64,000 nt of DNA from an uncultured Saccharicrinis sp. (GTDB lineage Bacteria; Bacteroidota; Bacteroidia; Bacteroidales; Marinilabiliaceae). Shown here one piece after another: positions 37,569 to 46,765 of the stretch (positions are counted from its first letter, which is position 1; each line of letters starts with the position of its first letter). The position numbers and the translations under genes were made by a program. The notes under the pieces were generated by a model. It did not search any database. It was not told the DNA's origin and saw nothing but the letters and a program-made list of their open reading frames with translations. The stretch lies in assembly GCA_963667815.1 (NCBI GenBank), contig OY764021.1; one strand, given 5' to 3'.

Positions 37569-38999
37569 TCAACTAAGGTTATTTTTAGTCAACTTATTTA
37601 TTAATCCAGTAAAAATAAAACCATGCAGTGGAAGCACCGAATACCAATACATTCTTCCTAATAAACCTTTAGGGCGAAAAGTTGCAGTTTGAATCAAAAC
37701 ATTATCCTTAATCTGAAACTCCAACCAAGCATCACCTGGTAATTTCATTTCTGCAAACAATAATAATCGCATTTCGGACTTATTAGAATAGAGTACACGC
37801 CAAAAATCAAGTGTATCACCAGCCTGTATATGATTTAAATTTGTTCTTCCTCTTCTTAACCCTACTCCACCAAATAATTTATCAATAAAACCTCTTAGTC
37901 GCCATAACCAATTGGCATAATACCAACCTGTTTCTCCTCCTATCTTCCATATATTGTCAACACACTGCAAATCATCTCTAACTATTTTTTTTCTAATATC
38001 CTTATAACAGCCAAATTCAGGTACTTTAATATATTCTGATATTCTGTAATCCAACCTCCCACTTACCGTAGAATCTTTCCAACTCGATAAGATCTCGTTT
38101 TGTTGTATTTTATAAAATGCTCTTTCAATACATTCTTTATAGGGTAATGGATTTAGCTGAAGCAGCCTATTAATCTCATTATCCTTAGCTATTACCTCAA
38201 CTTTCATACTATCAACCAATGAAGTAGCTAATTTATATGAAGTGGAAGTAATAAAATACAACCAATATGAAGATAGTTTTGGTGTCATTACAGGAACGGT
38301 CCATATCTTTCTTTTAAGGCCACGCACTTCTGCATATCCCAATAACATTTCTTTGTAAGTGAGTATCTCATTTCCAGCGATGTCGTAATTATTATTATAA
38401 GTTTGGGTATTTCCTAAAACTCCTATTAGTATTTTTATAACATCATAAATTCCAATGGGCTGACATTGGGTTTTTAACCATCTGGGGGCAATCATTAATG
38501 GTAATTTTTCAACTAAATCGCGAATAATTTCAAAAGATGCACTTCCAGAACCAATAATGATCCCGGCCCTAACGGTGGTCAATGCATAGTTTCCTTTACT
38601 TAATTCATTTTCTACATTTTTCCTAGATTGCAGGTGCTTTGATAGCGTGTTTGAATTAACAATTCCGCTCAAATAAACTACTTGTTGTGCTTTGGTTTTA
38701 TTAACTGCCTCCCTGAAATTAATAGCTGATTTTTGCTCTAACTCATTATAGTTTTTTGAGGTGGACATGGAGTGAACCAAATAATAGGCAAAATCTATAT
38801 CCTTAGGGATATTATCAAGCGATTCTTTTTGTGTAAGATCTATTTCTATTACTTGAATCTTGCTTTTGAGAGAATCTGCTACATGAAATTTATTTTTATC
38901 TCTTACACAACAGATTACATCATATCCTTTGTCTACTAATATTGGCAATAGCCTTTTTCCAATATACCCTGTAGCTCCTGTTAATAAAACTTTGTACAT
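37569..38999 (-). CDS. Atypical SDR oxidoreductase with C-terminal DUF2867-like domain (YbjT-like)
   Basis: TGATGYIG, YYLVHSM, HLQSR, RAGIIIGSGSASFEI, GDTLDFWRV, AEMKLPG.AW. Confidence 0.88.
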   Translation of the reverse strand: MYKVLLTGATGYIGKRLLPILVDKGYDVICCVRDKNKFHVADSLKSKIQVIEIDLTQKESLDNIPKDIDFAYYLVHSMSTSKNYNELEQKSAINFREAVNKTKAQQVVYLSGIVNSNTLSKHLQSRKNVENELSKGNYALTTVRAGIIIGSGSASFEIIRDLVEKLPLMIAPRWLKTQCQPIGIYDVIKILIGVLGNTQTYNNNYDIAGNEILTYKEMLLGYAEVRGLKRKIWTVPVMTPKLSSYWLYFITSTSYKLATSLVDSMKVEVIAKDNEINRLLQLNPLPYKECIERAFYKIQQNEILSSWKDSTVSGRLDYRISEYIKVPEFGCYKDIRKKIVRDDLQCVDNIWKIGGETGWYYANWLWRLRGFIDKLFGGVGLRRGRTNLNHIQAGDTLDFWRVLYSNKSEMRLLLFAEMKLPGDAWLEFQIKDNVLIQTATFRPKGLLGRMYWYSVLPLHGFIFTGLINKLTKNNLS

Positions 39000-40022
39000 G
39001 TAATTTATAATTAAACACAGCTTTTATGAATCATTAAAAAAGCTGACTGATGAATAATTAGCCTAAAGTTTTATATAATTCAATTTAGTGACATCAATAC
39101 TTTAACAACTTCTTACCAAGTGTTGTTTAAAGTTATTAAAATCAATTCTTTTTGTCAGGATACAGATAATATTTTGTTGTTAGTTTATATTTTAGTGTTT
39201 TTACTAAACTCATCCACTATTCTTTTTATAATAATGGACTTATTGTTTATAGCAATAACAAATAAAAACTACAGGCATACGATTAACTCAATACGCATGA
39301 ATTTATAGGTCAATATGCCTTAAACATGCATCGCATTAATTATCTAATTCAGTATAGTCATCTATATTTAATTGAGGTGGCGGAGGTGGTGGTGTAAATC
39401 TGGAGTAATCAAATGATATTGCTATTGTAATATCTCTTTTTAAAGATGTTAACTCTTCTTCACTAAGCTGACCCAATTCTTTTTGATATTTTGATAATGA
39501 CAGTTTATTCGCAGCAATTAAAGCGCCATCTATTACCTTTTTAAAAACGAGTTTCCTCATTGCAATATCTGATTGTTTATCCCAATCAATTTCAAATGCA
39601 GCTGGTCTAAAATTATTATCTATAAAAAATTTCTTTGTTAGAATGGTTATATGCTGTTCTACGCTATCTATATCAATTTTCTCATTTTCTATTAAAACTT
39701 CATTATGCTCAGTAATAATTACTTGTTGATTTCGAATTAATACGCAAGGATGTGGAGGTCCTTCATGAACGTAGCCTTCACAGTATTTTTCTACTATTGT
39801 TAAAATACTTAATGTATCTGCTGAATCAAGAATAACCTGACCATTAAAAGCAAATAATCCACTACAGATATCTTTTTCTATTTGACTTTGAAAATGATCA
39901 AATTGATCATCCTTTGTTAAGCTAAAGTCAATAAATGCAACATCTTCAAGCTTTCTACATAATAGCTCCAGCTCTTGATTGGTATAATTTAAAGATGATG
40001 TATTCTCTTTAATATTACAACT

Positions 40023-40059
40023 TGGATTTGCAACTTTATTCCGGACAAATTATTAAGCC
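40023..40059 (+). repeat. IS3 right inverted repeat
   Basis: TGGATTTGCAACTTTATTCCGGACAAATTATTAAGCC. Confidence 0.9.
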
Positions 40060-40964
40060 ACTTGTTTGATTGTTGATTTTCCAAATTCATTAGGAGATAA
40101 ATATCCTAAATGTGAATGTTGTCGTTGCCTGTTATACCATATTTCAATGAATTCGAAGATATCGGTTCGGGCTTGAAAATAACTTTGATAATTATTGTGA
40201 TTTACCATCTCTGATTTTAATATTTTAAAAAAGTTTTCGGCAACAGCATTGTCCCAACAATTGCCTTTTCGACTCATACTTTGGATAACTTTACAGTGGT
40301 TTAATTCTTTCCGAAAAGATTCTGAAGCGTACTGAATCCCTCGATCTGAATGGAAAATCATTTCGTGCCCTACGGGTCTATTGATGATCGCCATCCTCCA
40401 TGCTGCAATAACTGTTGCCTCTGTTGTCATATTATCAGATAAAGACCAACCAATTATCTTGCGATCAAAAAGATCCATGACAATCGTCAAATAGAGCCAC
40501 CCTTGTTTTGTCCTAACATAGGTAATGTCTGAAATCCAAGCCTGAGATGGTCTATTGTGAACAAATTGTCTATTTAGTACATTATCTGAAACATGCTTAT
40601 TATGCTTCGAATCTGTTGTAGTCACTCTGTAACGCTTCTTAATGATACTTTTTAGGTTATTCTTTGCCATAATTCTGGCTACTCTGGGGCGAGAAGCTTT
40701 GATGCCAATTTTATTTAGTTCTACAGTAATTTTAGGACTGCCATATCTTTTCTTACTGGCATCATAAATCCGAATTACTTCAGATTCTACTCGGCAAGCT
40801 TCAATGCTTCGTTTGGAAGGTTTTCTATTCAACCATTCGTAATAGCTACTCCTTGCAATCCCCAACAACTTACACATCTTCTCAACAGCAAATTCTTTCT
40901 GATGCCTTTTTACGAATTTGTATTTTTGCTGTCGCTCCTGGAAAAGATGCTTACTGCCTTTTTT
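40053..40964 (-). CDS. IS3 transposase OrfB (rve/DDE domain), joined to OrfA by a -1 frameshift
   Basis: WISDITY, FHSDRGIQY, NAVAENFF (D-D-E); RYGSPKI; frame open from the A6G slippery site at 40964-40958. Confidence 0.92.
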   Translation of the reverse strand, partial: KKGSKHLFQERQQKYKFVKRHQKEFAVEKMCKLLGIARSSYYEWLNRKPSKRSIEACRVESEVIRIYDASKKRYGSPKITVELNKIGIKASRPRVARIMAKNNLKSIIKKRYRVTTTDSKHNKHVSDNVLNRQFVHNRPSQAWISDITYVRTKQGWLYLTIVMDLFDRKIIGWSLSDNMTTEATVIAAWRMAIINRPVGHEMIFHSDRGIQYASESFRKELNHCKVIQSMSRKGNCWDNAVAENFFKILKSEMVNHNNYQSYFQARTDIFEFIEIWYNRQRQHSHLGYLSPNEFGKSTIKQVA

Positions 40965-41224
40965 AGAATATCACGTTCTATCTGGGCTTCTTTAAGCTCC
41001 TTCTTCAAACGGGCAATCTCTTTCTCTGCATCTGTCATTACAGGTTTGCCATTGCCTGAGAAGCTGCCTTCTTTGTTGGCTTCGTACTCTCGCTTCCATC
41101 TACTCACCAGTTCGGATCGGATCCCTAATTCCATTGCAACCTGCCTTGCTGATTTGCCAGTATAACAAAGATTAACAGCCATAATCTTAAACTCTTTGTC
41201 GTACGTTACTCTTGATCTACTCAT
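40910..41224 (-). CDS. IS3 transposase OrfA (HTH)
   Basis: YDKEFK..AV, SARQVAMELGI....SRWKR, EIARLKKEL...ERDILKKA. Confidence 0.92.
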   Translation of the reverse strand: MSRSRVTYDKEFKIMAVNLCYTGKSARQVAMELGIRSELVSRWKREYEANKEGSFSGNGKPVMTDAEKEIARLKKELKEAQIERDILKKAVSIFSRSDSKNTNS

Positions 41225-41245
41225 ATCTGCTAAATTAAAAATTTT

Positions 41246-41282
41246 AGCTTAATAATTTGTCCGGCTAAAGATAGCAGGTCCA
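41246..41282 (-). repeat. IS3 left inverted repeat
   Basis: TGGACCTGCTATCTTTAGCCGGACAAATTATTAAGCT on the minus strand. Confidence 0.9.
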
Positions 41283-41368
41283 ACTTGCCATAAGTAATGC
41301 CACCAATATATAGCTAAGTGTTTTCATGATTCAAAGTTTATTCAAGCTATTTATGTAGCGAAGTTTGT

Positions 41369-42133
41369 TTAATCAACACCCCAGTATGTTTTATTATTCA
41401 TTTCTATGAATTTCATTTTCTTCTCAGAATTCATATTTTGAACAATCGTTAATTTTCTGCCTCTATCTATATCTATTGTTTCATAGTTTAGATTCAAATT
41501 TCTGGAATGTACAATTGCAACTAGTTTACTCTCTTGGAATATTAACCTTACCCTATTAATTGGAGATGGGTCATCAACAATATTTTCAAGTACCATCAAT
41601 GTTTCATATTCTGGCATATCTGCAATACTAAGTCCTTTAGTATAATTATATTTTTCAAGGTGTCTACTAAATAACTTTTTGCTCAATTCATAACTACAAG
41701 AATTAATAATACCAATTAAATCCTTTTCCACAATTGACTCTGTTTTAATGTTACTTTTATAGGTATATCCAAATATTTCCATACCATATATTTTTGGATT
41801 ATCTGGTGCCCCACCTGAAGTCCAAGAAAAGCAGAGTGTATCTGGAATATTCATTAAGGCAATTCCTATCTTTTCATTTTTCCAGTTAATCAATGTATCA
41901 CCTTTATAAATTGGAATAATGGACTCAAACTGTGATGCGTTTATTTTTAATGAAATAGCTATTTCGTACCAATTATTCCTCAGCTCAGTACAATCTACAA
42001 ATACGTTATCAAATAATGAAATTAGTTTTATTCCCTGAGGGCTAGTTCTAATATTTGCAGGACCGTCAATCTTTTCAGCAAAACAATGGGCATTAATCAA
42101 AAGGAATAATCCAATTATTAAGTATCTTTTCAT
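41369..42133 (-). CDS. Hypothetical secreted protein
   Basis: 254-aa ORF with signal peptide ending CFA-E; no family recognised. Confidence 0.65.
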   Translation of the reverse strand: MKRYLIIGLFLLINAHCFAEKIDGPANIRTSPQGIKLISLFDNVFVDCTELRNNWYEIAISLKINASQFESIIPIYKGDTLINWKNEKIGIALMNIPDTLCFSWTSGGAPDNPKIYGMEIFGYTYKSNIKTESIVEKDLIGIINSCSYELSKKLFSRHLEKYNYTKGLSIADMPEYETLMVLENIVDDPSPINRVRLIFQESKLVAIVHSRNLNLNYETIDIDRGRKLTIVQNMNSEKKMKFIEMNNKTYWGVD

Positions 42134-42787
42134 ATAATGCAGTTTTGAAACGAATCTTGTATTGTTTATTTATATTAAATCGTTAATACTTATATTTGCC
42201 AAATTAAAAATGTTTTTTGCATTATTTTCCTTCTGTTTTTCACTCTATAAATCTACACATTCATGAAAATTTGAGTTGTCAGTAAAAATATAATAAGAAA
42301 CTTGATAAGCTATTATGGAAACTAAAACAAGGATATAGATAAACATAGGTAATGGAAAAAATACAGTTAAAATAATAGCAATTAGCAATTTATTTGTATC
42401 ATAAACAGTTATCTTATTCCATTATATTAAGAAATGCTTATTCTTTTTCTCTACTATTTTTAATTCTATTTAAGTAGTAATCTTAATTCATGTCTAAAAT
42501 ACAACATTGAAGCTGTCTACAATCCTTTTTCTTAGTAATTTAATTCTTCAACTCCTACTATCAGTCCGTTTGTAATAATATTAATTTCTGAATTTAGTTT
42601 TGAACTCGTATAAGTTTCTAATTCACCTGCTAAAAAGTCAATTGAAACCAATTTATGTGTTCATTTGACTGTTATAATTATGTAGCTGAAACAGACTGTA
42701 TTCTCAAGCTACCCCCTAAATAATGCGTAATACAAAATTCCAAAATTGCTACCAGCCCTGAAAATTATATGATATTGTGCGTCATAT

Positions 42788-43243
42788 TTAATTATTATTC
42801 AGATAAATATGAGTACCAATGCAATCATAACAATCAGTATCATACAAAAACAATCTAACTACATCATTGCTCGTATCAAATAATAATTTTTGTTTTTGTT
42901 GAGTATCAAAATAATATATTGTATAAAGTTTAGTATCATACATTGAATTTATTACCGTATCTATTCTATAATAAGTTTCTAATGTTAATTCTGAATCAAC
43001 ATATTCTCTATATATCCGATCTTCAAATGTTATTGTTTTAGTATAACTCTCAGATTCAGGCGTTATAACCGAAGTTCCAGAAATTCCTCCATTCGAGTTT
43101 TCCCATTTCCATGAACCATCCAACTCACTTAATGATAAGTGGTCAATCATCAAAAATTGTTCAAGTTCTTGATCTTTGTCCTCACTTTTACAACTAATCA
43201 TAGTCAATATGATAGTAATAAATATTAAATAGATATTTTTCAT
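42788..43243 (-). CDS. Hypothetical lipoprotein
   Basis: Lipobox MIS-C followed by an acidic sorting region; LDGSWKW motif. Confidence 0.65.
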   Translation of the reverse strand: MKNIYLIFITIILTMISCKSEDKDQELEQFLMIDHLSLSELDGSWKWENSNGGISGTSVITPESESYTKTITFEDRIYREYVDSELTLETYYRIDTVINSMYDTKLYTIYYFDTQQKQKLLFDTSNDVVRLFLYDTDCYDCIGTHIYLNNN

Positions 43244-43568
43244 ATTATATGTAGTATTGATTAAATATTTTGTTTTAGTACCGAGTTATATGTCACAAAA
43301 GAAAAAACTATTGTTTTTATCAATTTCATATAATCATTTTTTCAATTAATAAGACCAACCAATATACAAAATTTATATATAACGGAATAATTTGAGTAAG
43401 TAAGCTTGATATACAGACAAAAAAAAGATTTAAATAATTTCTTATTACTATTGTGCTAAATTAGAAGGTTACTACTACATACGATATTACAATATTATGC
43501 TATACTATCGAGCGAATTCTTTAGGTGTAAGTATGATTTCTCATAATTAGTTTGTTAAAAAAATATTA

Positions 43569-44081
43569 TTATTTTTTCAAATCTACTCTAACACATTTAA
43601 TTTGTCCCGCAATTTTTCTAAATTGTTCCATCTGATCCAAATTAAATGAATCTTTTGGTATTAAATGAAACGAATGTTTGTTTGGATATATTAACACCCA
43701 ATTTTTCATTTCTTTAATTTTAAATAGTTTATCCCATGTCATTTCTGATTTGAATGATTCACCCTTTATATAAATCATGCTCTGATTAAAAGTGTATTTT
43801 ATCACCTCTGTTAATCTTGCATTTGTAACAAAGCTCTTTTTAGCTTGTATATATATTGATATTGGAAGCAGAAATGTAAACATTATTCCCATGATTAGTT
43901 GAGTTAAAGGTGGTTCATTAAATACAATCAAAAAATTTATATAATATCCTATTGAAAAAAATAGCATTAAAATTCCAACAATTGGCATAAAAAGCATTAT
44001 CGGCTTTTGATAAACAATGGAATACATAAGTTTTAAATACCTTTCAAATTCTAATCTACATTCAATTGTAACTTCATTCAT
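43569..44081 (-). CDS. YcxB-like membrane protein
   Basis: Two TM helices, then W..L.KI.E....VLIY......LIPK. Confidence 0.7.
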   Translation of the reverse strand: MNEVTIECRLEFERYLKLMYSIVYQKPIMLFMPIVGILMLFFSIGYYINFLIVFNEPPLTQLIMGIMFTFLLPISIYIQAKKSFVTNARLTEVIKYTFNQSMIYIKGESFKSEMTWDKLFKIKEMKNWVLIYPNKHSFHLIPKDSFNLDQMEQFRKIAGQIKCVRVDLKK

Positions 44082-44565
44082 GTTATATCATTTTATCTAC
44101 GTTTTTTATACTTATCATCATTTCGTAAACTAAGGAATAATGAATTGTCATCAGTTATTATTCTCTCTGATCACTAACTCTGCTTAGACAAGATTTATGA
44201 TTTGCATCTATTTACTATAAACTTAACTTACTATATACACTAAACAACAGGCGTTAAAGATAATTACCTTATCTTATTTAACAAAAATAACTTTTGGTCG
44301 ATATACTACACTTTCATAGTCTCTAACTTATTTATTCTTCTTTAATAGGTATTTCTTAACACTTACCTGTAAAAGGCCCGCACTCCTAGTAAAGCCCTTA
44401 ATTTCTTTGCTGCAATGCTTTATTTTTGAGTAGAGATTATAAAAATGGGCTTAATTATTTAGTTACTCCTGTTTTTTTATCTCGGTGAAAACAGATTTTA
44501 TCAGGATTCTTAAAATGTGGATGCAATTTTAGAATACCTCGCTATCAATAAAAAAATGCTTAGAT

Positions 44566-46743
44566 ATGAAATATAGATTGACTTTATACTTTTTAGGAAT
44601 TGTTTTTTCGGTGGTTGCTCAAACCAACAACCCAATAAAAACAACGTTTCAAACGGCTCATGAGTGGCGACCAACCATTGATGTACGTGCCGATGCAGCC
44701 ATGATTTATGGAGTGAATGGTAATCCTACTGATACTGCGAATTACGTATCCTTTGAAAACAGGGTTAAATCGTGGGCCGATAAAGGTTACGAAACGCATT
44801 TTATGACCGGTATTGCATGGGGCGAATACCAGGATTACTTTACCGGTAAGTGGGATGGTAAAACACATTTTGATGAAGGACAGGTTCAGCAAAATGGTGA
44901 TACCATATGGCACGGACCAATGGTTCCTTACATTGTGCCCACTCCAAACTTTTTAAAGTACATTAAAGAGGCGCATATTAAACGTGTGTTAGATGCCGGT
45001 ATTAGTACAATCTTTTTAGAAGAGCCAGAGTTTTGGGCTTTTGGCGGATACAGCGAGGCCTTTAAAAAAGAGTGGGCAAACTTTTACGGTTTCAACTGGA
45101 AACCTCAGCACAAATCGCCGGAAAACACTTACCTATCGAACAAATTAAAATACCATTTATTTTACAACGCACTAAACGAGGTATTTACCTATGCTAAAGA
45201 ATATGGTAAAAGAATTGGTTTAGATGTAAAATGTTATGTTCCTACTCATTCGTTAATTAACTATACACAATGGCATATTGTTAGTCCTGAAGCCAGCCTG
45301 GCATCACTATCATGTGTAGATGGCTATATTGCACAAGTATGGACCGGAACTTCCCGAACACCAAATTATTATAATGGCAATAGAAAAGAACGTGTGTTTG
45401 AAACCGCTTTTCTTGAGTATGGTTCTATGGAATCAATGACTGCTCCCACAGGAAGAAAAATTTACTTTTTAACAGATCCTATTGAAGACAGAGCCAGGGA
45501 CTGGAGTGATTATATTAAAAACTATCAGGCTACTTTTGCAGCGCAGTTATTATACCCGGGTATCAACAACTACGAAGTGATGCCATGGCCTGCACGTATT
45601 TACGAAGGTACGTTTAAAACCAGCGCTAACAGTGAAGAGCTAGAAAAGATTCCAAGATCATTTTCAACCCAAATGCAGGTAATGATTAATGCCTTAAACC
45701 ATATACCTAAAACAGAACAAAAGTTAAGTGGTTCCGATGGAATTGGTGTTTTAATGAGTAATTCTATGATGTTTCAGCGTTTCCCTACTTTTAAAAGTTA
45801 CGATGACCCACAATTGTCAAGCTTTTTCGGACAAACATTACCTTTATTAAAACGGGGTATTCCTGTTAAAACAGTTCATATTGAAAATGTATCGTACCCT
45901 GAAACATGGAAAGATCTACAAATATTAGTCATGTCATACTCAAATATGAAACCTATGGAAGCTAAGGCTCATGACTATATTGCACAATGGGTAAAAAATG
46001 GTGGTGTATTGGTTTATTGTGGTTCTGATAATGATCCTTACCAACAAATACCTGAATGGTGGAATAGTGAAGAAAATGATTTTAAAGCGCCGTCGGAAGA
46101 TCTTTTTAGCAAATTAAAAATAAATGAACCTTATAACGAAGGAACCTATCAATACGGAGAAGGGAAAGTATGTATTATCAAACAGGATCCTAAACACTTT
46201 GTTTTGGAACCAAAGAAGGATACCAAGTATTTAAATACCATAAAAGAGCTGTACTTATCAAAAACAAATACCGCATTAGAAGTTAAAAATAACTTTTCGT
46301 TACAAAGAGGGCCTTATGAAATTATATCGGTATTAGACGAAAATGAAAACAAAAATCCATACACTGTAAAAGGTAAAGTAATAGATCTTTTTAGTCCTGT
46401 AATCCCGGTATTAGATGAGAAAGAAGTATTACCCGGAGAGCAATCCTTTTTATATCATATCAAAAATATAAATGACAATTTAAAACCTGAAGTATTGGTT
46501 TCTGCTTCTAGAATTTATAACGAAACATTAGAAAAGAAAAAATACTCTTTTGTTGCCAAGAGTCCGATAAACACAACTAATGTTATGCGAATTAAACTCC
46601 CTAAAAATATAAAAAAGATTCAAGTGATAGACACAAATAATTTGGCTATTGAATATTATGCCCAATGGGATAATAACAGCAAAACATTGTTTTTAACTTT
46701 CGAAAACAACCCTGATGGGATTAGTGTTAGTTTTAAATGGTAA
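44566..46743 (+). CDS. Uncharacterised secreted protein, possibly a glycoside hydrolase (TIM barrel + class I glutamine-amidotransferase-like domain)
   Basis: Signal peptide VVA-Q; FLEEPEFW; ILVMSY...WVKNGGVLV typical of GH42-like trimerisation domains; directly upstream of a GH20. Confidence 0.5.
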   Translation: MKYRLTLYFLGIVFSVVAQTNNPIKTTFQTAHEWRPTIDVRADAAMIYGVNGNPTDTANYVSFENRVKSWADKGYETHFMTGIAWGEYQDYFTGKWDGKTHFDEGQVQQNGDTIWHGPMVPYIVPTPNFLKYIKEAHIKRVLDAGISTIFLEEPEFWAFGGYSEAFKKEWANFYGFNWKPQHKSPENTYLSNKLKYHLFYNALNEVFTYAKEYGKRIGLDVKCYVPTHSLINYTQWHIVSPEASLASLSCVDGYIAQVWTGTSRTPNYYNGNRKERVFETAFLEYGSMESMTAPTGRKIYFLTDPIEDRARDWSDYIKNYQATFAAQLLYPGINNYEVMPWPARIYEGTFKTSANSEELEKIPRSFSTQMQVMINALNHIPKTEQKLSGSDGIGVLMSNSMMFQRFPTFKSYDDPQLSSFFGQTLPLLKRGIPVKTVHIENVSYPETWKDLQILVMSYSNMKPMEAKAHDYIAQWVKNGGVLVYCGSDNDPYQQIPEWWNSEENDFKAPSEDLFSKLKINEPYNEGTYQYGEGKVCIIKQDPKHFVLEPKKDTKYLNTIKELYLSKTNTALEVKNNFSLQRGPYEIISVLDENENKNPYTVKGKVIDLFSPVIPVLDEKEVLPGEQSFLYHIKNINDNLKPEVLVSASRIYNETLEKKKYSFVAKSPINTTNVMRIKLPKNIKKIQVIDTNNLAIEYYAQWDNNSKTLFLTFENNPDGISVSFKW

Positions 46744-46765
46744 TAACTAATAAATATACAATTCA

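Larger units (their letters stand above)
40023..41282 (-). mobile_element. IS3-family insertion sequence, 1260 bp, 3-bp target duplication ACT
   Basis: TG...CA ends; imperfect 37-bp terminal IRs sharing CCGGACAAATTATTAAGC; ACT at 40020-40022 and 41283-41285; orfA/orfB arrangement. Confidence 0.95.
39336..41327 (-). pseudogene. Hypothetical 242-aa lipoprotein gene split by IS3 (41327-41283 + 40019-39336)
   Basis: Removing the IS and one ACT copy restores one open frame: MKTLSYILVALLMAS-CNIKENT...FTPPPPPPQLNIDDYTELDN*. The track ORF 39336..39560 is its C-terminal end. Confidence 0.9.

Noticed and set aside
39120-39308. 62-aa plus-strand ORF
   Set aside because: AT-rich low-complexity sequence, TTG start, no motif; cannot be supported.
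39336-39560. 74-aa ORF as an independent gene
   Set aside because: It is the in-frame C-terminal end of the IS-split lipoprotein.
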